Source: an uncultured Actinomyces sp. (lineage in GTDB: Bacteria; Actinomycetota; Actinomycetes; Actinomycetales; Actinomycetaceae). Taken from it: a DNA stretch of 64,000 nucleotides. The stretch covers positions 12,648 to 76,647 of the forward strand of contig CAMPYB010000001.1 in assembly GCA_946998115.1 (NCBI GenBank). Reading direction: 5' to 3'. Both the position numbers and the translations under genes were made by a program. Under the pieces are notes generated by a model. It had not been told where the DNA came from and made no database searches. It was given only the letters and a program-made list of their open reading frames with translations. Positions 1 through 10,022 of this stretch are shown here, piece by piece. Within the stretch, counting starts at the first letter, position 1. Each line of letters begins with the position of its first letter.

Positions 1-108
1 ACAAACTTGCATTTCACTATCATCAAAATCTAATTTTTCACTTTTTTTCTTAGATTCTTGTTCAGAAAAAAACTTTGAAAGTTCACTGTCAATATCGAAA
101 TCATCCAT
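1..108 (-). CDS. Hypothetical protein, 5' part only (runs off the window edge)
   Basis: GAAGG RBS-like sequence precedes an ATG at 108; frame MDDFDIDSELSKFFSEQESKKKSEKLDFDDSEMQVC stays open to base 1. Confidence 0.5.
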   Translation of the reverse strand, partial: MDDFDIDSELSKFFSEQESKKKSEKLDFDDSEMQVC

Positions 109-225
109 ATTGCAACCTTCGCCTCCCAACAAAATACACTCCACAGCATATCTTTACATATAGTAATTATATTCTTAAAACTACAAATAAAATCAAATTT
201 TACAAAAAATCGAAAATTTACGTAA

Positions 226-1548
226 TTAAAAATTCCTATTCCTACGTCCAACACCTAACATGACTTTTTTCGGCAAATCTTTTTCAGACACAAATTTATT
301 TGAAACAGTAGTAAGAGAAATACGAAAAATAGGAGGTTTACAAGAAACAAGTTCAATACGCCCTCCATCTGCTTCAACTAAATCTTTAGCTATACTAAGC
401 CCCAAACCGCTGGAACCATGTCCTGAAAAATATTTTTCAAACACACGTGAAGAAATATCCTCTGAAATCCCTTCACCTTCATCAGAAACATCAATAATAA
501 TACCCTTAGAACCGCTCATATACGCATCAACAGTTGTAGTGCCATCACCATATTTCAAAGAATTTTCTATTAATGTCGCTATTACTTGCGAAATATATCC
601 CTTAGTTGCAAGCGCTGCACTAGTAGTCTCATCAATAACAATTAAATCTCTCTTAGCTTTCCTAAAATACAAATCCCATTCTTTATGCTGCTGATCAAAA
701 ATTTCATACAAAAACACAGCTTCTTGCGTAGTTATATTTTTATTTCTAGCACTATTTAATAAATCCTCAACTATACCAGTCAAACGATCAATTTGCTCAA
801 TACACTTTGCAGCTTCTGCTTTCACATCTTCACTATCGCTAATTAATTCAATTTCTTCCACACGCATACAAAGCGCAGTAAGAGGAGTCCTAAGTTGATG
901 AGAAGCATTAGAAGCAAATTGTTTTTCAACAGCTATACGCCTAGCAATTTTTTCAGCAGTTCTAGACAATTCTTCCTGTACAAGATCCATTTCTTCAATA
1001 CCACTTTTTTGCACTTGAGTCCTAATAGCACCAGCACCTACTGCTTCAGCTTGAGCCGCCAAATAAATAAGTGGCACACTAAACTTATGTGTAACATAAA
1101 AAACTAGTGCAATAGTAAAACTTGCAAAAGCGGAAGATAAAATAAAAATAATCACCCACATCCAAAAAATCTCATTATTAGTAGCATATTGGAAAGTTTT
1201 AGTAGTAACTAAAGCACCCTTTAAAGTCGAAACTCTATAAATATAATAATTCTTACTAGTAATATCCTTACCATAGGTATATATACCACCATCAGGCATT
1301 ATAACTTGCGCATAATCATAAGGATGCTCAGTTTGTAAAAGAACTCTGCTAAAAATACTAAATGAAAATGGTAAATTTCTATCTAAATTACTATCGACTC
1401 TGTCAGCAATACCAAGAGCATTTATAACATTATATTGTTCATGTTTTTCAACAATATATTTAGAAGTATAAATACCAAAAGGTATAGCAAACAAAACTAT
1501 GGCAACAAAAACTATGAATAAAGCCATAGTTAATGCTTTAGCACGCAT
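226..1548 (-). CDS. Membrane-bound sensor histidine kinase (2 TM, HAMP, HisKA, HATPase)
   Basis: H-box FASNASHQLRTPLT, N-box IENSLKYG, G1 DVSDEGEG, G2 SGLGL; two hydrophobic segments; directly downstream of a response regulator. Confidence 0.93.
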   Translation of the reverse strand: MRAKALTMALFIVFVAIVLFAIPFGIYTSKYIVEKHEQYNVINALGIADRVDSNLDRNLPFSFSIFSRVLLQTEHPYDYAQVIMPDGGIYTYGKDITSKNYYIYRVSTLKGALVTTKTFQYATNNEIFWMWVIIFILSSAFASFTIALVFYVTHKFSVPLIYLAAQAEAVGAGAIRTQVQKSGIEEMDLVQEELSRTAEKIARRIAVEKQFASNASHQLRTPLTALCMRVEEIELISDSEDVKAEAAKCIEQIDRLTGIVEDLLNSARNKNITTQEAVFLYEIFDQQHKEWDLYFRKAKRDLIVIDETTSAALATKGYISQVIATLIENSLKYGDGTTTVDAYMSGSKGIIIDVSDEGEGISEDISSRVFEKYFSGHGSSGLGLSIAKDLVEADGGRIELVSCKPPIFRISLTTVSNKFVSEKDLPKKVMLGVGRRNRNF

Positions 1549-1558
1549 AAATTATGCC

Positions 1559-2242
1559 TTATTTACCCGACTCGAATCTAAAACCAATACCTCTGACTGT
1601 AGTGATATAACGTGGTTGCAAAGCATCATCACCAATCTTTTTACGCAACCAAGAAATATGCATATCCAAAGTCTTAGTAGAATTAGTAAACTCAGTACCC
1701 CAAACTTTACGCATTAAATAATCACGCTCAACAACATTTCCAGTCTGCACCATAAGCTCACGCAAAAGTTCAAACTCTTTCGCACTCAAAACAATCTCTT
1801 CATCACCTTTATAAGCGCGATGAGCTAAAATATCCAAACGTATATCCTGCGAAACTATTTCATTTTCCTCACCAGAATTATCGATTACAGAGCGACGCAA
1901 CAAAGCGCGTACACGAGCCAAAAGCTCAGCCAATCTGAATGGTTTAGTAACATAATCATCTGCGCCTGCATCAAGTCCAACAACCATATCAACTTCATCA
2001 GTACGAGCAGTTAATATCAAAATAGGGAAAGTAAACCCTTTAGCTCTAACACTACGAGCAACTTCTAATCCATCAATATCTGGCAAACCTAAGTCCAAAA
2101 TAAGTAAATCACAATTATCTAAGTTATCTAAAACACGAGTACCAGTTTCAAAACCCTTGACATCATATCCTTCACGAGTCAAGGCTCTAGTCAAAGGAGC
2201 GGAAATTGATTCATCGTCTTCTACTAACAACACTGTTGACAT
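1559..2242 (-). CDS. OmpR/PhoB-family response regulator
   Basis: VLLVEDD, LILDLGLPDIDG, LTAR, GADDYVTKPF and winged-helix end ITTVRGIGFRF; start taken at MSTVLL. Confidence 0.95.
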   Translation of the reverse strand: MSTVLLVEDDESISAPLTRALTREGYDVKGFETGTRVLDNLDNCDLLILDLGLPDIDGLEVARSVRAKGFTFPILILTARTDEVDMVVGLDAGADDYVTKPFRLAELLARVRALLRRSVIDNSGEENEIVSQDIRLDILAHRAYKGDEEIVLSAKEFELLRELMVQTGNVVERDYLMRKVWGTEFTNSTKTLDMHISWLRKKIGDDALQPRYITTVRGIGFRFESGK

Positions 2243-2342
2243 TACATACCCGTTTTCTCTTAAAGACACATATTACAAATATTATAAAATAAAGTAACAA
2301 AGACTCAAAGAATATATTTACACAAAAATAAAAATCACTCAA

Positions 2343-2419
2343 TGGGGTGGCTGACGGGGCTCGAACCCGCGACCTTCTGGACCACAACCAGATGCTCTAC
2401 CAACTGAGCTACAGCCACC
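2343..2419 (-). tRNA. tRNA-His(GUG), with G-1 and encoded CCA
   Basis: Minus strand GGTGGCTGTAGCTCAGTTGGTAGAGCATCTGGTTGTGGTCCAGAAGGTCGCGGGTTCGAGCCCCGTCAGCCACCCCA; cloverleaf with anticodon GTG. Confidence 0.97.
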
Positions 2420-2586
2420 ATTTTCTTCCATAAGTGGAACAAGAAATGATAATATCAAAAAAAAAATTAATTATCAACAAATATAATACAAAAATAAAAT
2501 ATAGGTATTGTGGCTCACAAATTAAGCATAAAACTAATCCTAATACTAAAATGTATACTAAATGTAAAAATAAAAATAGGAAAAAA

Positions 2587-3564
2587 ATGATAAAAGAACC
2601 ATATTCACCAAAACCTGCATATACCGAAGGAATGCTACAAGTCGATGAAACAAACAAAATATATTGGCAAATCAGTGGTAATCCTAATGGAATCCCCGTA
2701 ATTTTTGTACACGGAGGTCCAGGCGGTGGAACAAGCGAAAATAGTAAAATATTTTTCGACCCACAAAAATATAAAATAATATTATTCGACCAAAGAGGCT
2801 GTGGAAAATCTACACCAAGTGTTAGCGACAATCCAAACAATATTAAAACAAATACCACACAAAATCTAATATCAGATATGGAAAAATTGCGTATACATTT
2901 GAACATAGACAAATGGCTTGTATTCGGTGGTTCATGGGGATCAACATTATCACTACTATACGCACAACACTATCCTGAAAAAGTAACAGGATTAATACTG
3001 AGAGGAATTTTCACAGCTAGACAAATGGAAGTCGACTGGTTATTTGAAAATGGAGCAAAAAAATTCAATTTACAAGGCTGGCTAAAATATAGTAGTAGCG
3101 TAAAAACAGATCCTTCATATCCATCTCTACTTCTCGCTTACAATAAAGCACTATTTAGTGAAGATGAAAAAACTGCTCAAAACGCCGCATTAGCTTGGTC
3201 ACAATGGGAATCAAATTTATGCACACTTCAGCCTAAAGAAGAAAAAAATACTACTACAAATGATGAACATATTAAATCAGCATTAGAAATAGCACGTATA
3301 GAAAATCACTTTTTTATGCACTCTTCATGGCTAAAAAATAATGAGATACTAGATAACACAGATATTATAAAACATATACCAACAACTATAGTTCAAGGTA
3401 AATATGATCTTGTATGCACACCTGATACAGCTTACGAATTACACAAAAAATTACCAAATTCAAAACTAATATTAACTGTAGCGGGACATTCACCTTATGA
3501 TCAAGAAAACTTGAACGCATTAATTTGCGCATTAGATGAATACAAAAGTGTAACTACAAAATAA
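2587..3564 (+). CDS. pip: Proline iminopeptidase (prolyl aminopeptidase, S33 alpha/beta hydrolase)
   Basis: HGGPGGG, FDQRGCGKS, nucleophile motif GGSWG, QGKYDLVC, AGHS; start taken at MIKEPYSP. Confidence 0.93.
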   Translation: MIKEPYSPKPAYTEGMLQVDETNKIYWQISGNPNGIPVIFVHGGPGGGTSENSKIFFDPQKYKIILFDQRGCGKSTPSVSDNPNNIKTNTTQNLISDMEKLRIHLNIDKWLVFGGSWGSTLSLLYAQHYPEKVTGLILRGIFTARQMEVDWLFENGAKKFNLQGWLKYSSSVKTDPSYPSLLLAYNKALFSEDEKTAQNAALAWSQWESNLCTLQPKEEKNTTTNDEHIKSALEIARIENHFFMHSSWLKNNEILDNTDIIKHIPTTIVQGKYDLVCTPDTAYELHKKLPNSKLILTVAGHSPYDQENLNALICALDEYKSVTTK

Positions 3565-3610
3565 GCAAGCAAAATTCAGATAGATCTAAAAGCATTTGCG
3601 AAACAGATAT

Positions 3611-3642
3611 AAACCAAAAATAGGGTGCCGAAAAGCACCCTA
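3611..3642 (-). terminator. Intrinsic terminator downstream of ddl (convergent with pip)
   Basis: TAGGGTGC-CGAAAA-GCACCCTA hairpin followed by TTTTTGGTTT on the minus strand. Confidence 0.75.
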
Positions 3643-3660
3643 CAAACATTTTCAACAAAG

Positions 3661-4779
3661 TTACCTAAGACCAACAGGTCTTGATAAAGCTAATTCAATT
3701 AACTCTTCAACTAGTTGTCCATAGCTCATACCAGTTTTTTGCCAAATAATCGGGTACATAGAATATGGAGTAAAACCAGGCATAGTATTCACTTCGTTAA
3801 TAACAATCTTGTCGCCACGATTATCATAAAAGAAATCGACTCTAGCTAAACCTTCACATCCTAAAGCCTGAAAAGCTAAACCAGCATACTCTTTAATTTT
3901 ATCTGCAACACAATCACTAATAACTGCAGGACAAACAATTTCTACATTTCCATGTTCAAAATACTTATTTTCATAATCATAGAAACCTTTTTCAGGCAAA
4001 TTCATCTGTAATTCACCAATTTGTCCTACACGTGGCAAACCATCTCTTCCTTGCAATACTGCAGACTCAACTTCACGTCCACCAACAAAAGCTTCAACAA
4101 TAACTTTAGGATCAACCTCTCTAGCTTTTAAAATAGCATCTTTCAAATCTTCTTTACTATCAACACGAGTAATCCCTAAAGAAGAACCAGCACGTGCAGG
4201 TTTCACAAATACAGGATAACCTAAAGATTCTACTTGATCTAAAGCCAAATTATGATCTTTTTCCCAAAGTAAATCCGTAATAACAGTATATGGACTTATA
4301 GGAAGACCAGCACCAGCTAAAACCATTTTCGTATAATGCTTATCCATACATACTGCTGAAGAAAATACGCCACATCCGACATATTTTATATTACACATCT
4401 CAAAAAAACCTTGCAAAGTTCCATCTTCACCAAATGGCCCATGCAAAAGAGGCAATGCTACATCTATACGACCCAAATCCTCTAAAACACTAGTAGTTCC
4501 ATTATTTTCACCTATAATCAGCGCAGTTCCACTAGAAGTAATAGTTACTTCAAGACCAGTATCAACTACCTCTGCAGCAACATTAGTTGAAGAAAGAGCA
4601 AAAGAAGCAATATCTTGTTCAACTTTGACCCATTTGCCAGTCTTAGTAATACCCACAGGAATAACATCATACTTATCTGTATTTATGTGAGAAATTACAC
4701 TAGAAGCTGTAGCGCAGGAAATAGTGTGTTCGCCACTAACTCCGCCGAACAATACCATTAATTTAATTTTTTTATCCAT
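3661..4779 (-). CDS. ddl: D-alanine--D-alanine ligase
   Basis: LFGGVSGEH, LHGPFGEDG, VFVKPARAGSSLG, omega loop FYDYENKY (Tyr, D-Ala-D-Ala type), NEVNTMPGFT; exact start uncertain. Confidence 0.95.
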   Translation of the reverse strand: MDKKIKLMVLFGGVSGEHTISCATASSVISHINTDKYDVIPVGITKTGKWVKVEQDIASFALSSTNVAAEVVDTGLEVTITSSGTALIIGENNGTTSVLEDLGRIDVALPLLHGPFGEDGTLQGFFEMCNIKYVGCGVFSSAVCMDKHYTKMVLAGAGLPISPYTVITDLLWEKDHNLALDQVESLGYPVFVKPARAGSSLGITRVDSKEDLKDAILKAREVDPKVIVEAFVGGREVESAVLQGRDGLPRVGQIGELQMNLPEKGFYDYENKYFEHGNVEIVCPAVISDCVADKIKEYAGLAFQALGCEGLARVDFFYDNRGDKIVINEVNTMPGFTPYSMYPIIWQKTGMSYGQLVEELIELALSRPVGLR

Positions 4780-4958
4780 TTTACAATCAACCATATCCAT
4801 ATATATAAAGTCAATATTACTTCTTACCATATATATTTTAAATCAAAAACAACTCGTGTGAACAAAATATCATTAAAAACTAAAAATAAATAAGCAAATA
4901 ATTAATTTTATTACAATAAATACCGCAAAAAAGAGAAATAAACTATAGAATTAAAAGC

Positions 4959-5912
4959 ATGCCTAGAAAATTTACAAAAACCTATAAAATAATAGCTGCA
5001 ATAGTAAAATTACCTTTTATTATAACAACTAAAAGACATTGGTACGGAACAGAAAATTTGCCAGAAACAGGAGGCTTTATAGCTGTAGCAAACCATGTAA
5101 CTGATTTTGATTCAATGACTTTTATGCACTATTTGGTAAACAACAACATACCTGTACGAATAATGGCAAAAGCAGAACTATTCAAAGTTCCACTTTTAGG
5201 AAGAGCGCTAAAAGCTACAGGACAAATACCAGTCAATAGATCTAAAAATAAAAACTCGACTGCTGTTCTCAGCTCAGCCAGAAAAGCATTAATGGATGGA
5301 GAATGCATAGCTATATTTCCTGAAGGAACTTTGACTAAAGATCCTCAACGTTGGCCTATGAAAGCTAAAACAGGAGCGGCAAGATTGGCATTACAAACAC
5401 GAGTACCAGTAATACCAGTAGCGCAGTGGGGTGCACACAAAATATGCGATCCTGATAACAAAGTGTATAGCTTTTTTCCACCAAAAGATGTCACTGTATT
5501 AGCAGGCAAACCTGTGTATTTAGCTGACTTATATGGAAAAGAAAATGACATTCAAGCTCTGCATGAAGCAAGCGACAGAATCATTAGACAAATTACATTT
5601 TTACTTTCCGAAATAAGATGCGAAAAACCACCTAAAAATCCTTATAACTATTCAACAAATTGCAATGCAAACACAGATTTTGAAAAAAGCTTAGAGAAAA
5701 AAATATTATTTGAAAATAATAGTTTAAACGATAAAATTCATACAGAATACACATCAAAATACACTGAATTAAAATTCAAAACTAAAAAAGCACTTTTATT
5801 GCCATTAAAACTTTTAAGAAAAATAATTTATACACCAATATTTATTTTCAAAATTGTAAGAAAGTCAATTAAAAAAACAATTATTGAAATAAAAAGAATT
5901 TTTGGCAAATAA
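4959..5912 (+). CDS. plsC: 1-acyl-sn-glycerol-3-phosphate (lysophospholipid) acyltransferase, PlsC family
   Basis: NHxxxxD (NHVTDFD), FPEGT, KTGAARLA, VPVIPV; TAGAAT 7 nt before ATG suggests a leaderless transcript. Confidence 0.88.
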   Translation: MPRKFTKTYKIIAAIVKLPFIITTKRHWYGTENLPETGGFIAVANHVTDFDSMTFMHYLVNNNIPVRIMAKAELFKVPLLGRALKATGQIPVNRSKNKNSTAVLSSARKALMDGECIAIFPEGTLTKDPQRWPMKAKTGAARLALQTRVPVIPVAQWGAHKICDPDNKVYSFFPPKDVTVLAGKPVYLADLYGKENDIQALHEASDRIIRQITFLLSEIRCEKPPKNPYNYSTNCNANTDFEKSLEKKILFENNSLNDKIHTEYTSKYTELKFKTKKALLLPLKLLRKIIYTPIFIFKIVRKSIKKTIIEIKRIFGK

Positions 5913-5921
5913 ACACCTAAA

Positions 5922-6794
5922 TTAGTATATGATTTTCAAATCACTAGGCAACACCTTGACAGTTATAGGAAGTTTTCCTGCAAGGTCACCATCAGCATAA
6001 GGCAGAAATTTACTATCACAATCTATCGTTATTTCTGTACATTGCAATATCTGAACATTAGAAGAATAAATATGTTTACCTGAAGGAATTTTACAAATTA
6101 ACTTTAGAAAAGAGAAGAAACTTATATTATCAGTAGTTATTACATCTAATAGTCCATCTTTCAAATCAGAAAAAGGAATTAATTTTATCCCACCACCATA
6201 TATTCCTGATGAACAAATACCCAAAGTCCAACTAGTTGCTTCAAAATATTTACCATCAACAGTTATTTTATATGTTAAAGGCTTAAATTCACGTACTGCT
6301 TTATAAAATCCCCATAAATATACTAACATCCCCGAAAGGAAACTATTCATGTTTGCATAATGATTGGAAACAGAATCAATACCTAAACTGAGAATACCTA
6401 AAATTATTTTTTCATCACCCATATTGTCTTTAGATAGAGCCACATCTATATTTTCAGATACAAAAAATTCCTTATTTTCAAGATATTTGACACTATTAGC
6501 GCCAATCCCTAACTTACGACAAAAATCATTTCCACGCCCTGCAGGTAAAGGCATTAAAGTTTTACCAGTTTTCCAAACTCCATAAGCTATCGAAGATATA
6601 TAACCATCGCCACCTAAAGCAGCAATATAATCGTACTCTGTATTTGCTGCTATATCACATAAAGATTTATCTTTAGTATATAAAATATGCACTTTCCATC
6701 CTCTTTGAGATAGAATGCGAGCCACTTTAGGAGCAATCTTTACAGCATTTCCACCACCGGAAAATGCACTTACACATAAAAGCAAATCTGGCAT
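5922..6794 (-). CDS. Diacylglycerol/lipid kinase family protein (YegS/DagK)
   Basis: SGGG, LGGDG, PAGRGNDF, YGGG, DGLLDV and ADGD motifs. Confidence 0.88.
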   Translation of the reverse strand: MPDLLLCVSAFSGGGNAVKIAPKVARILSQRGWKVHILYTKDKSLCDIAANTEYDYIAALGGDGYISSIAYGVWKTGKTLMPLPAGRGNDFCRKLGIGANSVKYLENKEFFVSENIDVALSKDNMGDEKIILGILSLGIDSVSNHYANMNSFLSGMLVYLWGFYKAVREFKPLTYKITVDGKYFEATSWTLGICSSGIYGGGIKLIPFSDLKDGLLDVITTDNISFFSFLKLICKIPSGKHIYSSNVQILQCTEITIDCDSKFLPYADGDLAGKLPITVKVLPSDLKIIY

Positions 6795-6829
6795 AATACT
6801 TCCAAGAATTGTCGTATTACCTTTACAAA

Positions 6830-8152
6830 TTAGTTACAATACAACTGCACATCGGCATTCAGAGTTTGAAGCTTTCCCATAAAATCCTCATATCCTCTGT
6901 TTATAATTCCTATTCCCCTAACATTAGAAACACCTTCAGCAACTAAAGCCGCTATCAAATGAGAAAATCCTCCACGTAAATCAGGAACAACAATATCCGC
7001 ACCTGTCAAAGGAGTAGGACCTGATATAACTGCTGAATGATAGAAATTCCTTCGTCCAAAACGACAATTCAGCCCACCCAAACATTCTCTATATACTTGA
7101 ATATTAGCACCCATTGCTTTTAACGCGTTTGTAAAACCAAAACGATTTTCATAAACAGTTTCGTGAACTATTGACATTCCTTTAGCTTGTGTAAGTGCTA
7201 CAACTAACGGCTGTTGCCAATCCGTCATAAATCCAGGATGCACATTTGTTTCTAATACGATAGATTTTAAACAATCGCCTGTATGATAAAAACGTATACC
7301 TTTTTCTTTTACTTCAAATGTTCCGCCAACTTTTCGATAAGTATTTAGAAAAGTAGTCATATCTAGCTGGTTTGCGCCTTCAACAAAGATATCACCTTCA
7401 GTTGCAAGAGCAGCACTCGCCCAAGAAGCGGCCTCTATTCTATCAGGCAATGCTGTATGCGTATACCCCGATAAATGCTCAACTCCTTCTATATGAATTG
7501 TGCGATCAGTGTCAACAGAAATTATAGCGCCCATTTTTTGCAAAACAGCAACTAAATCGATTATTTCAGGTTCGACAGCTGCACCTTTCAAATGCGTTAT
7601 ACCTTTAGCTAGCACTGCAGTGAGTAAAGTTTGCTCAGTAGCACCAACTGACGGATAAGGAAGCTCAATAAGTGTTCCTGTAAGCCCCGCAGGAGCAGTA
7701 ATAAATATACCTTGTGAAGTTTTTTCAACGTTAGCACCAAATTTACGCAAAGTCGAAATGTGAAAATCTATAGGCCTATCACCTATTTGGCATCCACCAA
7801 GATTCGGTATAAAAGCTTTGCCTAATCTGTGCAATAATGGTCCGCAAAGTAAGATAGGAATTCGTGAAGACCCCGCATGAGTCGCAACTTCCGACATATT
7901 AGCTTCAATAACATTGACTGTATCAAGATTTAAAATACCTGCTTTTTCATCATAGTCAACTTTCACACCATGTAATTTTAAAATCCCGGATACAACATCA
8001 ATGTCACGAACATGCGGAACATTTTTCAAAACGGAGGGAGTTTGACCAAGTAATGCGGCAACCATTGCTTTAGGAACAAAATTTTTCGCACCACGCACTT
8101 TAATGCTTCCCTTTAATGGGTTGCCACCTTTTACTTTCAAAACAGATTCCAT
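6830..8152 (-). CDS. murA: UDP-N-acetylglucosamine 1-carboxyvinyltransferase
   Basis: GAKN, LGGCQIGDRPIDFH (active-site Cys present), SVGATE, PDRIEAA, HETVYENRF, PDLRGG; RBS GAAGGAAG before ATG 8152. Confidence 0.96.
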   Translation of the reverse strand: MESVLKVKGGNPLKGSIKVRGAKNFVPKAMVAALLGQTPSVLKNVPHVRDIDVVSGILKLHGVKVDYDEKAGILNLDTVNVIEANMSEVATHAGSSRIPILLCGPLLHRLGKAFIPNLGGCQIGDRPIDFHISTLRKFGANVEKTSQGIFITAPAGLTGTLIELPYPSVGATEQTLLTAVLAKGITHLKGAAVEPEIIDLVAVLQKMGAIISVDTDRTIHIEGVEHLSGYTHTALPDRIEAASWASAALATEGDIFVEGANQLDMTTFLNTYRKVGGTFEVKEKGIRFYHTGDCLKSIVLETNVHPGFMTDWQQPLVVALTQAKGMSIVHETVYENRFGFTNALKAMGANIQVYRECLGGLNCRFGRRNFYHSAVISGPTPLTGADIVVPDLRGGFSHLIAALVAEGVSNVRGIGIINRGYEDFMGKLQTLNADVQLYCN

Positions 8153-8434
8153 ATCGTCTTCCTTCACGCTAATTACTATTAGCTATTATACATGTAATTT
8201 CTTGACTTATACTGTACTTTTTCTTTAAATATTTACTGCTCATTATTTATTTTTCACATCTAATTTATAATATATAAAATTTTTGATTCGCAATCTATTT
8301 TTTGACTTTCAGCTACAGTAAAACTCCTTTGTTTTATTCACAACAAATGAATGATCATATGCAATAGGTTTTTATCGCGCTATTTTATTATAAATAACTC
8401 ATATTCGATAATTAAATATTTTTGCACAAATAAA

Positions 8435-8470
8435 TAAGCCTTTGAAAATATATATATTCTCAAAGGCTTA
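8435..8470 (-). terminator. Hairpin downstream of the triple-RidA gene
   Basis: TAAGCCTTTGA ... TCAAAGGCTTA, an 11-bp inverted repeat with a T-rich tail on the minus strand. Confidence 0.65.
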
Positions 8471-8540
8471 CTATAAAAATCTTACTTACACTTTTTATGC
8501 ATATACATATTTAAACATATACACATTTTAGTGAAGATAA

Positions 8541-9809
8541 TTATGCTACTGGAGGTGTGCCTTCAGCATTTCCAAAAATAGCATCTACTGCAACTAATGC
8601 ACCCTTTTGTAAACGAGATACACCTACAACGCGGCGTGCAGCTTTTGCACCTTCAAAGTATGTTGGGTAAACTTCATCTACCAAAGCTAAATCATCCAAA
8701 TTTGTTAGATACAAGTTTACTTTAACTGTATCAGCCAAGCTGTGATCAACGCTTTCAATAATAGCTTTAATATTCTTGAAGCACTGTTCAACCTGCTCTT
8801 TGACACCACCGGAAACAAGTTCACCAGTTGCTGGATCAACTGGTAGCTGACCTGTTATGTTGTTATAGTGTGAGAAAGCAACAGACTGAGCTGATAGTGC
8901 GCTAACTGGCGCATTTGCCTTACTATTTGCTTCAATAATTAAACCGTGGCGATCTTCAACCAACTGTGGAGGTGTACCATCACCATGTGATACTACAGCT
9001 TCAATTTGCACACGTGCATGCATAGGAAGAGCAGCAACTTCAACTACTGTGCGTGCTGGCATATAACCTACTGCACGAGCAATACCTGAATCTGGGAAAT
9101 ACTTTGTGTAAACTTCATTTACTGCTTCTTCATCATCTAAGTTAGTTAGGAAGATTGTAATTTTTACAATGTCATCCATTGTAGTATTCATTGCTTCCAA
9201 AATAGCTCTGATATTATCCAAGCACTGAGCAGTCTGTCCTTTTACGCATTCTGTAACAATTTGACCTGTTTTAGGACTAATTGGTAGCTGTGCAGTAATG
9301 TTATTGTAGTGCGAGAAAGCAACAGACTGAGTTGATAGTACGCTAAGAGGAGCAGCACATGTATTATTTGTATACTTTAGAAGGTCACCTGCTTGTGGAG
9401 CATTAGGAATTGTACCTTCGCCATTTGACAATAAAGCTTCAACTTGTATACGAGCACCCTTTGGCAAGTCTTTAACAGCTACAACTGTACGTGTTGGAAC
9501 ATATGTTGGGAAGAATGATTTATATACGCCATCAACTTTTTCAATATCTAAAATATCTTTCAAGAAAATTGTTACGCGAACTACATCATTCAATGTGTGG
9601 TCAATGCTTTCAACAACCTCTTTGATATTTGTAAAGCATTGTTCAGCTTGCTTCTTTATGCAAGTTGATACCAATTCACCTGTCTTTGGATCAATTGGTA
9701 GCTGTGCTGAAAGATTGTTGTAATGAGAAAAAGCTGCTGTCTGTGCACTTAGTGAACAAATCGGAGCTTTTTCAGTATTCCTTGACAATACTTCATTTAG
9801 ACCGCTCAT
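8541..9809 (-). CDS. Protein of three tandem RidA/YjgF/UK114 domains (imine/enamine deaminase family)
   Basis: Three internal repeats APxxxLSxQxxAFSHYNN(L/I)(S/T)(A/G)QLP...Q..QC..NI...D(V/I/T)V(R/K)...R(T/R)VV.V..L; RBS GGAG before ATG 9809. Confidence 0.88.
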   Translation of the reverse strand: MSGLNEVLSRNTEKAPICSLSAQTAAFSHYNNLSAQLPIDPKTGELVSTCIKKQAEQCFTNIKEVVESIDHTLNDVVRVTIFLKDILDIEKVDGVYKSFFPTYVPTRTVVAVKDLPKGARIQVEALLSNGEGTIPNAPQAGDLLKYTNNTCAAPLSVLSTQSVAFSHYNNITAQLPISPKTGQIVTECVKGQTAQCLDNIRAILEAMNTTMDDIVKITIFLTNLDDEEAVNEVYTKYFPDSGIARAVGYMPARTVVEVAALPMHARVQIEAVVSHGDGTPPQLVEDRHGLIIEANSKANAPVSALSAQSVAFSHYNNITGQLPVDPATGELVSGGVKEQVEQCFKNIKAIIESVDHSLADTVKVNLYLTNLDDLALVDEVYPTYFEGAKAARRVVGVSRLQKGALVAVDAIFGNAEGTPPVA

Positions 9810-10022
9810 GGGACTCCATTCTATGTATGTTATCATGCAAATTGTGTTACATCTTTTACACAATCAGTATCAATTAGACTGTAAAAAACACATTTTTGTC
9901 AATATTTTTTACTTATAAAGAAAAGTTACATTTAACAGTTTTGAATTATTTCCGCATAATCCTTTTCTAAACTTTAAGTAAACTACACTATTTTCAACGT
10001 TTCTTTAATATTAATTTTATTT

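Noticed and set aside
30..263. Short ORFs 30-254 (-) and 75-263 (+)
   Set aside because: No motifs; they overlap the kinase 3' end and a better-supported ORF that starts at 108 with an RBS.
2409..2912. 167-aa hydrophobic minus-strand ORF, and the 51-codon N-terminal extension of pip
   Set aside because: The ORF is antisense to pip and overlaps tRNA-His. The extension is low-complexity AT-rich sequence upstream of where homology begins.
3661..8152. Intrinsic vancomycin (D-Ala-D-Lac) or fosfomycin resistance alleles
   Set aside because: Ddl keeps Tyr in the omega loop (FYDYENKY) and MurA keeps the active-site Cys (GGCQIG), which are the ordinary sensitive types.
9842..9863. TTGTGT-N10-ACACAA inverted repeat upstream of the triple-RidA gene
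   Set aside because: The arms are short, the context is AT-rich, and the spacing does not fit the Rex or CRP consensus, so it cannot be told from chance.
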